A DNA stretch of 64,000 nucleotides from Nitrosopumilus sp. Lineage in GTDB: Archaea; Thermoproteota; Nitrososphaeria; Nitrososphaerales; Nitrosopumilaceae. The notes beneath the pieces were generated by a model that did no database searches, was not told the DNA's origin, and saw nothing but the letters and a program-made list of their open reading frames with translations. This document shows positions 30,303 to 41,487 of the stretch, one piece after another; position 1 is the first letter of the stretch; each line of letters begins with the position of its first letter. A program made the translations under genes and the position numbers. The stretch lies in contig OZ242186.1 in the NCBI GenBank assembly GCA_965205675.1, positions 480,001 to 544,000 on the forward strand, read 5' to 3'.

Positions 30303-31456
30303 TGTTGTTTTCACATATTTCCGATACACATTTGGGGTTAGTACAGTACGGTTCAGAAGAACGAGTACAGGATGTGTACGATGTATTTAATCAAGCAATA
30401 GATACATCAATCAAAGATCATGTAGATTTTACAATATTTGCAGGAGATATTTTTCATGTTCCAAATCCAAATGGAACTGCCATTATACAAATGGCAAATG
30501 GATTAAAAAGATTAAAAGAAAATAATATTGATTCATTTTTTATTTTAGGGGAACATGATATTAGTAGAATTAGAACAACGCCAATTCCATATGTATATCA
30601 TAATTTAGATTTTTCAAGATATATCGGTCAGGGCAATCCGATAGAATACAAAGGTATATTGTTGGCAGGTTTTGATAAAATAAGAAAAGCTGAAGTTTCA
30701 CAATATGAAGAAAAATTTACTGGAATAGACAATAAAATTAAAGATTATTCGGGTCATAAAATTTTAGTTTTACATCAAGGAATTACAGAGTTTAACAAGT
30801 TTGCAGGAGAATTACAATCCACAGATTTGCCAAAGAATTTTACATATTATGCAATGGGACATCTTCACGACAGAGACGTCAAACAATTCAATCACCTTAG
30901 TGGACCAGTAGCATATCCTGGTTCCACAGAATTAACAACAAGTGAAGGAATTAAAAATACAAAAAAAGGATTCTTCGAAGTAGATATTTCTGGAAAAGAT
31001 GCCCAGCCCAATTGGATAGAACTAGATGCAAGACCACAAATTTCATTCAAAACAGAATATCAAGAATTATCAAAAACAATAAAGGAAATTTCTGAAAAAA
31101 TAGTAATCGAAAGGAAAAAACCCATTGTGGAGATAAAAATCCAAGGCGAAAATATAGACACAGATCATATTCAGACACAAATTACCAGATTAAACTCATT
31201 GGTACTAAGATGTTTTTGGAGAATTAGTACAAAACATGTTTTAGATTCTTCAGTATTTCTTGACAGACCAAATGTCATAGATGATGAAATGTACAGATTA
31301 TCTGTTGGTGCATTAGGTTCAGAACAAACAGCCAAATTTGCAATCAAAGAATTGCTCCCAATTTTAGCCTCAGGCGAAATTAAAGAAGCATCACAAATTA
31401 TTTTTGAAAATTTTGAGAAATACAAAAAGGAGAAAAATCATGATTACATCAATTGA
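30302..31456 (+). CDS. mre11: Mre11 nuclease
   Basis: SDTHLG, AGDIF, GEHD, MGHLH. Confidence 0.92.
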   Translation: MLFSHISDTHLGLVQYGSEERVQDVYDVFNQAIDTSIKDHVDFTIFAGDIFHVPNPNGTAIIQMANGLKRLKENNIDSFFILGEHDISRIRTTPIPYVYHNLDFSRYIGQGNPIEYKGILLAGFDKIRKAEVSQYEEKFTGIDNKIKDYSGHKILVLHQGITEFNKFAGELQSTDLPKNFTYYAMGHLHDRDVKQFNHLSGPVAYPGSTELTTSEGIKNTKKGFFEVDISGKDAQPNWIELDARPQISFKTEYQELSKTIKEISEKIVIERKKPIVEIKIQGENIDTDHIQTQITRLNSLVLRCFWRISTKHVLDSSVFLDRPNVIDDEMYRLSVGALGSEQTAKFAIKELLPILASGEIKEASQIIFENFEKYKKEKNHDYIN

Positions 31457-33509
31457 GCTAGGGGATTTTCTATCACATTCAAATACAAAATTGGAATTTC
31501 AAAAAGGGGTTACGGTTTTTGTAGGAGATAATGGTGCAGGAAAATCAAGTATAATAGACGCAATTACATTTGGATTATTTGGTCAACATACAAGAAAATC
31601 AAACAAAAGTTTGATTAAAAGAGGTTCAAATCAAGGATTTGCAAAAATAGGATTTTTGATTAACGATAAACAATTTGAAGCAGTAAGAAAAATAGATAGC
31701 AAAGGAACACTTACTGCAACATTTGCAGAAATAATAAACGAGAAACGTGTTGAGTTGGCTGCAGGAGAGAGAAAACAATTCGAGGAATCAATGACACAGG
31801 AAATTGAAAAAACCATAGGTTTAGATTTTAAAAAATTAAAAATTGCATCAATTGTTCAACAAGGGGAATTAAATACAATAATTAATGCAAAACCCAAAGA
31901 ATTCAAAGAATTACTTAATACGATTATAGGTATTGACAAGCTTGATGTAGCATCCGAATCAATGAAAACAATTAACAAAGAATTTAGAGAAAAAATCAGA
32001 GACACGACAGGTTACGATGACACACATATAGAAATTCTACAACGAGATTTAGAAAAATATCAAAAAGAAAATACAGAAACAAAACCAAAAAAAAATACTT
32101 TAGAGTTAAAACAACAAAAATTAAAAATTGAAGTAGATGATCTCAGAAAAAAAATCGAAACAGACATGCCAAAAATTGATAAAATCAATCAATTAGAATT
32201 AAGAAAAAAAGAGCTGTCAGAATATACAAAAGCAACAATTCATGAAATTCAGCATGAAATAAATGAAAATGAGCGTAAAATTCACGATTGCGAAGGATGT
32301 TTTGAACATGCATCTTTAAAACCAGATTTAGAATCTAAAATTCAAAAAGTAGAGAAAGCTGTAGCGGATTCAAATACGAAAATTCAAAGTATGATAAATC
32401 AAACTACATCATTGAAAGAAAAATTATTAATTGCATCAAAACTACAATTAAAAGAAAATAAATGTCCTTTATGTGATTCTGACGTAGAAAAATTAAATTT
32501 ATTATTTCAAGAAGAACATCTTCATCAAGAAATCTCAGAACTTCAAAATCAAATCAAAGAAAAAGAAAAAGAATTAGACATATACAATCAAAAAAAGAAA
32601 GAGTTTTTGATAAAATTACAAAAAGCAAGAGATGCAGAAGCCACATTAAGAGCTTATTCAATTAATAATAAAGAAGAACTAAAAAAAATTCAAGAAGACA
32701 CAGAAACAAAAAAACAAAAAAACCCTCTGACCATCAATGAGAATTTAATGGAAATGGCACCAATAGACACACATGCAAAAATGATCTTTGAGAATATTAT
32801 AACACTAGAAAATGAAATAAAAGGATTTGAAGAACAAGAGTTCAATAAACTTAAGATGTTAGTAAATGAAAAACAAATGAATCTATCTCAAATTGATCAA
32901 CAAATAGGTGCAATTTCAGAAACAATTCTCAAAGGTGAAGAACAAATTAATAAAATTGAGAAAGCGATAACGGAATTAAAAACTGTAAAGGAATATGTTG
33001 CAAACCTAAATGAAATTCAAATGAATGTTTTTAGCAGAGATGGACCAGTAGCTACAAGTTTAAGATCTTGGGCATTAAATTCAATTTCTACAAAAGCATC
33101 AGAATATCTCACATCACTTAATACAAAAATCCAAAGAATTTTGTTATCAGAAAAAACAAGGGATATCTCAATAGCATGTTATTCTAAAAATGAAGTTTTA
33201 GAATTAGAATCACTAAGCGGTGGAGAAAAAGTAAGTGTAGCATTATCATTACGATTAGGTATGGCAAGTCTTCTGGGGATATCAAATCTTAACTTGATGA
33301 TTTTAGATGAACCCACAACACATCTTGATGCAGAAAGAAGAAAATCACTAGTAAACGTATTATCACAATTGTCCGATATTTCCAAGTCCGAAACAAAAAT
33401 GCAATTCTTGATTATTACTCATGATGCAGAAATTTTTGAAGATTCAACGGTTGAACAGATTTACAAATTTGAATCATCCGAACAAGGAAGTAAAGTTACA
33501 GTACTTTAA
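31440..33509 (+). CDS. rad50: Rad50 ATPase
   Basis: GDNGAGKSS, coiled coil with CPLC hook, LSGGE, LDEPT. Confidence 0.92.
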   Translation: MITSIELGDFLSHSNTKLEFQKGVTVFVGDNGAGKSSIIDAITFGLFGQHTRKSNKSLIKRGSNQGFAKIGFLINDKQFEAVRKIDSKGTLTATFAEIINEKRVELAAGERKQFEESMTQEIEKTIGLDFKKLKIASIVQQGELNTIINAKPKEFKELLNTIIGIDKLDVASESMKTINKEFREKIRDTTGYDDTHIEILQRDLEKYQKENTETKPKKNTLELKQQKLKIEVDDLRKKIETDMPKIDKINQLELRKKELSEYTKATIHEIQHEINENERKIHDCEGCFEHASLKPDLESKIQKVEKAVADSNTKIQSMINQTTSLKEKLLIASKLQLKENKCPLCDSDVEKLNLLFQEEHLHQEISELQNQIKEKEKELDIYNQKKKEFLIKLQKARDAEATLRAYSINNKEELKKIQEDTETKKQKNPLTINENLMEMAPIDTHAKMIFENIITLENEIKGFEEQEFNKLKMLVNEKQMNLSQIDQQIGAISETILKGEEQINKIEKAITELKTVKEYVANLNEIQMNVFSRDGPVATSLRSWALNSISTKASEYLTSLNTKIQRILLSEKTRDISIACYSKNEVLELESLSGGEKVSVALSLRLGMASLLGISNLNLMILDEPTTHLDAERRKSLVNVLSQLSDISKSETKMQFLIITHDAEIFEDSTVEQIYKFESSEQGSKVTVL

Positions 33510-34075
33510 TTCACATTAACGAGACCAGTCATCCAAGGATGAACTTGGCAGAAATATTCAAAGGTTCCTACGTCAGTAAATGTAAATTCAAAAGTAGATC
33601 CTGCCATAAATAAACCCGAATCAAGTATTCCAGTTACATCGGCATTAAAGTTACTGCTTGTAACAGTATGTGCTGCTGAATCATCATTACTCCAAATAAC
33701 AGAGGTATCCACATCTACAGTAATTTCATAAGGTAAATAACATTCGTCAGTATCTTCACAGCCTGGAACTGCAACTCCTAGAGGAATTAAAACAATGGAA
33801 GTCGTTTGTGTTGGTTGAGGTTGTACAATTAGACATTCGCCAGAATAATCTAGTTCAATACCTGCAGCATCAAGACCACATTGATTCCCATAAGTTTTAC
33901 CATCAACCCCACAAACAGGATGCCATTGCATAGTACATGCAACAGTTTTTTCTTCAACAGTGATTATTCTTGGTTCAATAATCTCATTTGGCTCCATAGA
34001 TATGAAACCAATTGAAATTGCTGCAAGAACTCCAACTATGCCAATAATGCCATAAGAAAAATTCATCTCATCCAC
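33506..34075 (-). CDS. Membrane-anchored Kazal plus cupredoxin (plastocyanin-like) protein
   Basis: CTMQWHPVCGVDGKTYGNQC; HTVT...YFCQVHPWM. Confidence 0.85.
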   Translation of the reverse strand: MDEMNFSYGIIGIVGVLAAISIGFISMEPNEIIEPRIITVEEKTVACTMQWHPVCGVDGKTYGNQCGLDAAGIELDYSGECLIVQPQPTQTTSIVLIPLGVAVPGCEDTDECYLPYEITVDVDTSVIWSNDDSAAHTVTSSNFNADVTGILDSGLFMAGSTFEFTFTDVGTFEYFCQVHPWMTGLVNVN

Positions 34076-34556
34076 CTGTTAACTTTGCAAACTTTTCATT
34101 CTTACTTAACTTTTCCATAAATTCAATGTTAGATAATGCAACAACAGCCGATTCAACGACTGATTTTTCAGAATCATTTAGTGCTTTCTGGAGAGATTCT
34201 TTTGCTTCTTTAGAGCCGACTACACCCAAAGCTATTGCAGCTTCATGACGTACAAACATACTAGAATCATTAAGAGTGGCATCAGTTAAAGGAGGAATGG
34301 CACTAGAATAAGACATTTGGCCTAACGCAAAAGCAGCTTCATGACGTACCAATTCATTTTCATCATTTTTTAGAATTTTAGCAATATGAGGAACTTTATC
34401 CTCTCCTCCAAAATCAACTAAAATACATGCAACTCTTGTCCGTACTACATAATCAGGATGATCTAAAAGAGAAATAAAATATTCAGCATCTTTATGTTCG
34501 TATTTAGATTCCATTTCTACAAAAAGTGCTAATCTATCTTCAGTAATTACCTGCAT
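34068..34556 (-). CDS. HEAT-repeat (PBS lyase-like) protein
   Basis: Repeated VRHEAAxALG. Confidence 0.85.
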   Translation of the reverse strand: MQVITEDRLALFVEMESKYEHKDAEYFISLLDHPDYVVRTRVACILVDFGGEDKVPHIAKILKNDENELVRHEAAFALGQMSYSSAIPPLTDATLNDSSMFVRHEAAIALGVVGSKEAKESLQKALNDSEKSVVESAVVALSNIEFMEKLSKNEKFAKLTGG

Positions 34557-35018
34557 TTTGTTTTAAAATTTTGTGTCCTATATTAGGTTACTTGAGGAAA
34601 AATCAATAATTAGTTGAGATATGTACTTTGAGTAAAATTTGACATTAGGCAGTTCCAGAAAAACAATTCTAGATGATGAATTTCTGGTTTGAATTAGGGT
34701 ATAAATAACAAAAATGCTTGAATTGCGACAATCATAAACAAACACAAAAAACACCTAATGTGAATAATCGTTTACGTTCAAATTCTTTTTTAGGCATCTT
34801 CATGATTCTAAAGGATACTTGAACAATGTATAGATTTTAAAAGAACACTTAAAATCATTGTATTTGTATTCGTTATTTATGACACATCCTTGATTTTGAT
34901 TAAAAACACTGTAAATTCTACTTGTTACGAGACTAGAATATGTCTTGACTCTCTCCTGACACCTTTTTTCTAATTCTAAATTTTATATGAACACTTGTTT
35001 CTCTAATTACTGAACCCT

Positions 35019-36065
35019 TTGGAAATTTCTGAAATTACCCCCTCTGAATGGCTGTCTCTTAATCAGTTTCTATATGAGATCAAAAAGATCAATTCTCGTT
35101 GTGTTTCTGTGTATTATTCGTATGGCAAAGGAAATGAGACTATTTCTTTGCTAAACGAAAGTAAACGAAATGAAACGATTAAAAAAATCGAATCAAAAAT
35201 TCAAAAGCGAATTTTAGAATTAAAAAATAATCCTTCATCTGCTGGTAAATTTATTAAAACTCTTTGTATTTTTGGTTGGATGAATAATGGCAAAATAATG
35301 ATTAAAGAAATCGGAACTTCAAAAAAACTTCCTTACATCTACATGTTAAGTAAAAAACCATATGTCAAACCCTTTAGTGATATTCTAAAAATTCATCGTA
35401 ATGTATTATTGATTACACTTGATCAAAAAACTGCCCGAATACAAAAATTCCATGGAAGTCAAATATTACAAGAAGCCAAGCTTAGAATCAATTTACAAGG
35501 TAGACATAGAAAAGGAGGGCAAAGCCAAGGGAGATTTTTACGAGCAAGACAAACAAAAATTCATGTTTTCTTTAAGAAAATAGCAAATAAAACAAAAATA
35601 ATGGATTCTGGTTCTGAATTAATTTTATTGGGTGGAATTGGTCCTGCAAAAACAGAATTCTATGATGAGCTCGATTCAGAATTGATGATAAAATGTCGGT
35701 TTGTAGAAAATCTATCTTTTTCTACTTCAATTAAAGACATTCATGAGAAAATCATTCATCATTTGTATCAACATCGACGTAAACTAGTAGCAGAACTATT
35801 TGAAAAATATGAAAAATTATACAAAGATGGCTTGACTGCTAAAAAAAACAGTGTAATTTACAAAGCATTAGAAATTGGTGCAGTAGATACCTTAATCGTA
35901 TCTGGAAGTTATCATACTAATTCTCAATTTAAAAATATCATAAAGATGCTTGAAATTGCAAAAAATACTTCTGCCACAATCGAGTTTGCATCTTCTCCAA
36001 ATATAATTAAAAAACTAGATATTCATAATTCTGTCTTGGCTATTCTTAGATACAAGATAAGATAA
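35019..36065 (+). CDS. eRF1/aRF1-related peptidyl-tRNA hydrolase (baeRF-like)
   Basis: GRHRKGGQSQGRF; ALEIGAVDTLIV eRF1 domain 3-like; no NIKS. Confidence 0.78.
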   Translation: MEISEITPSEWLSLNQFLYEIKKINSRCVSVYYSYGKGNETISLLNESKRNETIKKIESKIQKRILELKNNPSSAGKFIKTLCIFGWMNNGKIMIKEIGTSKKLPYIYMLSKKPYVKPFSDILKIHRNVLLITLDQKTARIQKFHGSQILQEAKLRINLQGRHRKGGQSQGRFLRARQTKIHVFFKKIANKTKIMDSGSELILLGGIGPAKTEFYDELDSELMIKCRFVENLSFSTSIKDIHEKIIHHLYQHRRKLVAELFEKYEKLYKDGLTAKKNSVIYKALEIGAVDTLIVSGSYHTNSQFKNIIKMLEIAKNTSATIEFASSPNIIKKLDIHNSVLAILRYKIR

Positions 36066-36087
36066 TTCTCTTTTATTTTTGTATGTC

Positions 36088-37395
36088 TTATTGTATTTTT
36101 TCTATGATCTCGCTAAATTTCCAAGGGCCGCATTTTATATCCTGCTTCTCGTTGAGTAATAATCCTTTTTCATTTAGTTGATTTACTATATGTGCAGAAA
36201 ATGATAATGCTCCTGTAGCTCCTGGTGAATTATAATTTAAAATATGAAATGATGTTTCATCTTCTATTTGGATTACATCTGGTACAAATTTTCCATTCTC
36301 ATCAATTATTGATGATCTTATTCCTGCTGTACCTTTTTCAGTAATTTTATCTGGATTTATTTTTGGAAGAAATTTTTTTACTCTATTTACCATTGCTGTT
36401 TTTGACATGGATGATTGTATTTCGTTAATTGCAAGTTCTTGGAATTGTTTGTCAAAAATTACTTTTCTTGCACCTGAACCTAACATTTCTAGCATTTTTG
36501 GAATAAATTCTTTGAGGTTTTCTGTTATGTCGTATCCATATGGACTAAACACTGGAATCGCATTTGGTCCAATCTCACAACTTCCATCTACTCTTAAAAT
36601 CCAATGTGGATCTAAAAATGGGTATTCGGGAAATTCAGGAACTGAATATACGCTTGATTTTACCAAGTTGTTATATTCTTTTGGTGACTTCCAGTATTCC
36701 CCTCTAAAATGGACGTCTGTGAATTTTTTTGCTATTCCAATACCATGTGCAAGATCCACAGCTTCCCCTCCAGCTGCATTGATGAAAAATTTTGCATGAA
36801 TTTGTTCTTTTTCATTTAGTGTAATTATCCACAATTCTTTCTCTTTTTTTATTTTTGTAACTCTTGTATCTAATAGAACTGTTGTACCATTTACTTTACT
36901 GTCATCTATTATTGAATTTGTGAATAATGAATAATTCGCAGATGCGTCTTTGTAAACGTATAACGCTGATTCACATTTTATTTCTGGTTCTATTTTTTTT
37001 AATTCTTCTTTATTCATCAATTCAATATCTTTGTCTTCCAATCCATTTTGCTTTCCCCATCTAAGATATTTTTCAAGAGTTTTAATTTCTTTTTCATCTA
37101 AAGCAATTTCTATTACACCATCTTTCTTGAATGGAAGTTTTTTTAATTCTGCATATGTTTTCCACATTTCATAACCCTGAAATGCTGATTTTGCAAATAG
37201 CTTTTTCTTTTCTGGGTTGTATAGATATGGTGCGTGAATTTTCCCGGTATTTCTTCCGCTTGTATGAAAAGCAACATTATGAGCTTGTTCTATGACTGCT
37301 ATTTTTTTTGATTTATTTAGAAATGATAAAAAATATGATATCGAAGCTCCAAGAATGCCTCCTCCAATAATTACAACATCAAAATTGCGTACCAA
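36088..37395 (-). CDS. FAD-dependent oxidoreductase (L-2-hydroxyglutarate oxidase-like)
   Basis: IGGGILG, HTSGRNTG, FRGEY, SPGATG. Confidence 0.85.
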   Translation of the reverse strand: MVRNFDVVIIGGGILGASISYFLSFLNKSKKIAVIEQAHNVAFHTSGRNTGKIHAPYLYNPEKKKLFAKSAFQGYEMWKTYAELKKLPFKKDGVIEIALDEKEIKTLEKYLRWGKQNGLEDKDIELMNKEELKKIEPEIKCESALYVYKDASANYSLFTNSIIDDSKVNGTTVLLDTRVTKIKKEKELWIITLNEKEQIHAKFFINAAGGEAVDLAHGIGIAKKFTDVHFRGEYWKSPKEYNNLVKSSVYSVPEFPEYPFLDPHWILRVDGSCEIGPNAIPVFSPYGYDITENLKEFIPKMLEMLGSGARKVIFDKQFQELAINEIQSSMSKTAMVNRVKKFLPKINPDKITEKGTAGIRSSIIDENGKFVPDVIQIEDETSFHILNYNSPGATGALSFSAHIVNQLNEKGLLLNEKQDIKCGPWKFSEIIEKIQ

Positions 37396-37471
37396 TAACT
37401 TTCAATTTTAATTTGGTTTAGTTGATAATAAATTAAATCTGTGAGAATTAAGGTTAATATCAGATAAAACT

Positions 37472-37765
37472 TTGAATCTGATTGTGTTACCTGATAAATG
37501 CTCTGTCATGGAAGAAGGAAATCAATGTGTAAATCCACCTCAATTTATCGTATCCATTACTGCAGGAAATGATGAATACATGGTAGGGGTAACATGTCAA
37601 AAACATAAACAAATTGTTTCTGGAAAAATAGGCATGTTGCAGCGTGAAGGTAAAATGCATGATGGAAAAATTAGTTTTTCACCTGTAAAGGCAGTTGGAA
37701 CTGATTGTGTACATGGTGATATTGATGATTTTGTTCAAATTGACATGAATCGTTCAGAAAATTGA
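37472..37765 (+). CDS. Hypothetical protein (Cys/His)
   Basis: 97 aa ORF in an operon-like position. Confidence 0.6.
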   Translation: MNLIVLPDKCSVMEEGNQCVNPPQFIVSITAGNDEYMVGVTCQKHKQIVSGKIGMLQREGKMHDGKISFSPVKAVGTDCVHGDIDDFVQIDMNRSEN

Positions 37766-37788
37766 AATAATCTTGTTTTGAAGATGTC

Positions 37789-38166
37789 TTGTTGCTCTTT
37801 GAATTGCTATCTGATTTAATAAAAATTGATGATGTCTTATTAATTATCAAAAATAGCGGCGCAATCAGTGAGATTAGAAATAATTCTCTTAGTATTCGCC
37901 AAAAAGACAAATGGATTACAATTGGTGATAATGATAGCCCCGCACATATGCATATTAATTCAGAGTTGATAAAATCTGCAGAATTTATTCAAGAGGGAAA
38001 ACCTGAAAAAACTAGTTTTAGTGTTAGATTTTTTGATGAAAATGATGAACGTATTCTTGCAGTATTTTTTACAAAAATGTATGATGATTCTAAACAATTG
38101 TCTGTTAAGCGAAAAAATGTTTATGATCAATTAAATCAAAAGTTTTCTTCTCACATTAAATTTTAA
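37789..38166 (+). CDS. ChuX/HutX-like heme carrier domain protein
   Basis: IIKNSGAISE, HMHI, SVRFFDEND..ILAVF. Confidence 0.65.
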   Translation: MLLFELLSDLIKIDDVLLIIKNSGAISEIRNNSLSIRQKDKWITIGDNDSPAHMHINSELIKSAEFIQEGKPEKTSFSVRFFDENDERILAVFFTKMYDDSKQLSVKRKNVYDQLNQKFSSHIKF

Positions 38167-38361
38167 AAAAACCTTGTCTGAAAAAGACAAGGAGAAAAAA
38201 TACTATTCTTCGGATTCTTTCTTCTTCTTTTCTTTTTCAGACTGTACTTTAGCTAATTCTAATTCTTCATTTGTATGTTTGAATTTTTTCAATCTGTTTT
38301 TAGATTGTGTTTTAGATATAAAAACTGCACATTTGATGAGATCTCAATTCATGCGTGAAAA

Positions 38362-39330
38362 CTAGTATCCTACTGAATAAATTGGTTTTTTTCCATTAAT
38401 CCCTAAATTTAAATTCTTTACAGTTATTTTTGTCATTTTGATTCTTGTCTCTTTTGTAGAACTGCCTATGTGTGGTGCAAGAACAATATTTGATAATTTT
38501 ACTAGTGAATGATTTTTTTTAATTGGTTCTTCACTAAATACATCTAAACCTGCTCCTGCGATGATTTTTTTCTTGAGTGCATAGACTAATTCTTTTTCAT
38601 TGATTACTTTTCCTCTTGAGGTATTAATCAAAAATGATGTTTTTTTCATTTTTTTAAAAATTTTCATATTGAATAATTTGTTTGTTTCTTTTGTATGTGG
38701 CACGTGTATTGAAATAAAATCGCTTTCTTTGATTAATTCTTCAAATGAGACATATTTTGCATTTAGCAATTTTTCTTTAGATTTTGAAACTTGTTTTCTG
38801 TTATGGTATATTATTTTCATATCAAATGCTTTTGCTCTCTTGGCAAGTGTGCTGCCAATTCTACCTAAACCCAAAATTCCAATTGTTTTTTCTTGAAGAT
38901 CTACTCCGACATAGTCAAATGCTCCGTAGATTTCTTTCCAATCTCCTTTGCGAATAATTCTATCTCCTTCAGTAGCTCTTCTTGAAATATCAAGTAACAA
39001 TAAAAATGCCATGTCTGCTGTTGCATCTGTTAATACCTCTGGCGTGTATCCTACTCGGATTTTCTTTTCCTTGGCATATTCTGTATCTATATGATCAAAA
39101 CCTACACTATATGTGCTAATGACTTTTAGTTTTTGACTTTTGTTGATTGTATCTTTATCAATGATATCATATGGAAAACAAATCAACCCATCAATTTCTT
39201 TAATCTTTGATCGCAATTTTGTTTGTGAAATCGGAATTCTTCCAGAATGAATTTCAATTTGATATTTTTTTCTTAATTCTTTTAATGCAAAGTCATGTAA
39301 AGTTCTTGTAAGAAAAATTTTCTTTTTCAT
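38362..39330 (-). CDS. D-glycerate dehydrogenase/glyoxylate reductase
   Basis: SVGFDHID, GLGRIG, INTSRG, LDVF..EP, PHIGS. Confidence 0.9.
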   Translation of the reverse strand: MKKKIFLTRTLHDFALKELRKKYQIEIHSGRIPISQTKLRSKIKEIDGLICFPYDIIDKDTINKSQKLKVISTYSVGFDHIDTEYAKEKKIRVGYTPEVLTDATADMAFLLLLDISRRATEGDRIIRKGDWKEIYGAFDYVGVDLQEKTIGILGLGRIGSTLAKRAKAFDMKIIYHNRKQVSKSKEKLLNAKYVSFEELIKESDFISIHVPHTKETNKLFNMKIFKKMKKTSFLINTSRGKVINEKELVYALKKKIIAGAGLDVFSEEPIKKNHSLVKLSNIVLAPHIGSSTKETRIKMTKITVKNLNLGINGKKPIYSVGY

Positions 39331-39383
39331 CAGTCTTGATACTCATCTCAAACCATTTATACGATTTCTTTGTAATCTTTTTA

Positions 39384-39527
39384 ATGTCTTCTAAAGTTGA
39401 AGAAGAAGAATTTGCTATTTGTATAGAATGTGGAAATTCGATTGAAAAATGTGTCTGTGTATGCCCTTATTGTGGAGAGCGTGATAAATGTGAATGTGCA
39501 TTGTTTGATGCAGCAACTGGGGGTTGA
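39384..39527 (+). CDS. Small Cys-rich protein ending ATGG
   Basis: CIEC..CVCVCPYC..CEC; 47 aa. Confidence 0.6.
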   Translation: MSSKVEEEEFAICIECGNSIEKCVCVCPYCGERDKCECALFDAATGG

Positions 39528-39576
39528 TCATATTGACTGTACATATCATTATAGTTCAAAATAGAGGAGATTTATT

Positions 39577-41487
39577 ATGAGCTCTGTTGATTTTACTTGG
39601 CTAATTGGAGGTCCTCAAGGAAGTGGTGTTGAATCTGGTGCAAATATTTTCTCCAAAGTATGCGCTGAAATGGGATATAGAATATTTGGTAAACGAGAAT
39701 TTTATTCTAACATCAAAGGAGAACACAGCTACTTTACAGTAAGAGTCTCTAGCCAAAAAATTCACTCAAATGTTAATGCTGTAAATCTTATGGCATCATT
39801 TGATGCTGAAACAATATTTCGTCATTATGATGAGATAGTATCTGATGGAGGAATAATCTATGATTCTGATTTAGAAGGAATTAAAACTGATTCTGTACAT
39901 ACACTTGATGCTCCTTTCAAAGAAAGATTGCACAAAGAACTTGAATTAAAAAATAAACCATTTACTGTTGCCGGTGTTTTAGAAATTGCAAAAGATAATG
40001 GTGTTAAACTTTTCCCTGTATCTTTCAAATCTATTCTTGAAACTCTTTCTGAAGAAACTAAAAACCCTCGTTTGAAAGGATTAGTTAGAATGTATAATGT
40101 AATCGGTGTCTCTTTATCTTTGGGACTAGTAAAAATGTCTCCTGATTCATTACAAAAAACTATTGAATCTATCTTTTCAAAAAAACCTGAAATTGCTAAA
40201 ATTAATCAACAAACAGCAAATTATTCATATAATTTTGCAACTGTAAAATTTGAAAATTTCATTCATACTTTACCTGGAACTGAAAAAGAATCTGAAACCC
40301 TTTTAGTTCAAGGTTTTCATGGTACTGCATTAGGAAAAATGGCATGTGGTTGTAGATTCCAACCTTATTATCCAATTACTCCCGCATCTGATGAATCTGT
40401 TTTTCTAGAATCAAATGAACTGTTGGAAATCATAGATGATAGGCCTGGGTCTACAGCTGTTATTCAAACAGAAGACGAAATTTGTGCCATGGGAATGACT
40501 ATTGGTGGTGCCTTAACTGGAACTCGTTCCTCTACTTGTACTTCAGGACCAGGATTTGCACTAATGACTGAAATGTTAGGTTGGGCCGGAATTAATGAAG
40601 TTCCTGTTGTAATTACTAATTATCAAAGAAGTGGACCCTCTACTGGTTTGCCCACTAGACATGGACAAGATGACTTACTCTTCTCCATTTATGCAGGCCA
40701 TGGAGATTTTCCAAAAATTGTTTATTCCTCTGGTGATGTTGAAGAAAGCTTCTATGATACTGGTAATTGTTTTAATTATGCTGAAATTTTCCAGGTTCCT
40801 GTAATTCATCTTATGGATAAATTCCAAGCTAGTTCTGTAATTACCTGTAAGAGATTTGATCCTCAGAAAATCTCAATTAATCGTGGTAAATTATTAGAAA
40901 AAATTGATGGAAATTATAGACGGTTTGAATTTACTGGTGATGGTATATCTCCTCGCTCTAGATTGGGAATTGATAATGGGATTTTTTGGAATACTGGTGA
41001 TGAATCTGATGAAACCGGACATATCACTGAGGATCCAGTTTTGCGTGTAAAAATGATGGATAAACGAATGTCTAGACTGGATTTAATCTTAAAAGATATC
41101 TCCGATGATCAACAAGTAAAATCTTTTGGTGTTGAAGAATATACTATTGTATCATGGGGTTCTGCAAAGGGGCCAATTCTTGATGCTTTAGAAATGTTAC
41201 AAAAAGAAGGAATTTCTATTGGATTTGTTCAATTAAAACTTCTTCATCCTTTCCCAACTGATTATGTAAATTTCTTGCTAAAAGATGCCAAGATGATTAT
41301 TGACATTGAAGCAAATCATTCAGGCCAACTAGGAAAATTGTTTAAACAAAATACTGGACGTGACATTGATTATTTCATATTAAAATATACAGGGCGAGCT
41401 ATGACTTGTACTGAAATCTATGATTCTCTTAAAAAAATTATTGAAAACAAAGCAAACAAACGGGAGGTTTTAATGCATGGCGCTTAA
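39577..41487 (+). CDS. korA: 2-oxoacid:ferredoxin oxidoreductase alpha subunit
   Basis: [29 protein letters not shown]. Confidence 0.92.
   Translation: MSSVDFTWLIGGPQGSGVESGANIFSKVCAEMGYRIFGKREFYSNIKGEHSYFTVRVSSQKIHSNVNAVNLMASFDAETIFRHYDEIVSDGGIIYDSDLEGIKTDSVHTLDAPFKERLHKELELKNKPFTVAGVLEIAKDNGVKLFPVSFKSILETLSEETKNPRLKGLVRMYNVIGVSLSLGLVKMSPDSLQKTIESIFSKKPEIAKINQQTANYSYNFATVKFENFIHTLPGTEKESETLLVQGFHGTALGKMACGCRFQPYYPITPASDESVFLESNELLEIIDDRPGSTAVIQTEDEICAMGMTIGGALTGTRSSTCTSGPGFALMTEMLGWAGINEVPVVITNYQRSGPSTGLPTRHGQDDLLFSIYAGHGDFPKIVYSSGDVEESFYDTGNCFNYAEIFQVPVIHLMDKFQASSVITCKRFDPQKISINRGKLLEKIDGNYRRFEFTGDGISPRSRLGIDNGIFWNTGDESDETGHITEDPVLRVKMMDKRMSRLDLILKDISDDQQVKSFGVEEYTIVSWGSAKGPILDALEMLQKEGISIGFVQLKLLHPFPTDYVNFLLKDAKMIIDIEANHSGQLGKLFKQNTGRDIDYFILKYTGRAMTCTEIYDSLKKIIENKANKREVLMHGA

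Noticed and set aside
34600-35000. Possible transposase relic at the skew boundary
   Set aside because: No convincing motif could be translated.
38203-38352. Lys/Glu-rich minus-strand frame (ISKTQSKNRLKKFK...)
   Set aside because: No ATG start in the open stretch and low complexity; it cannot be supported without homologues.
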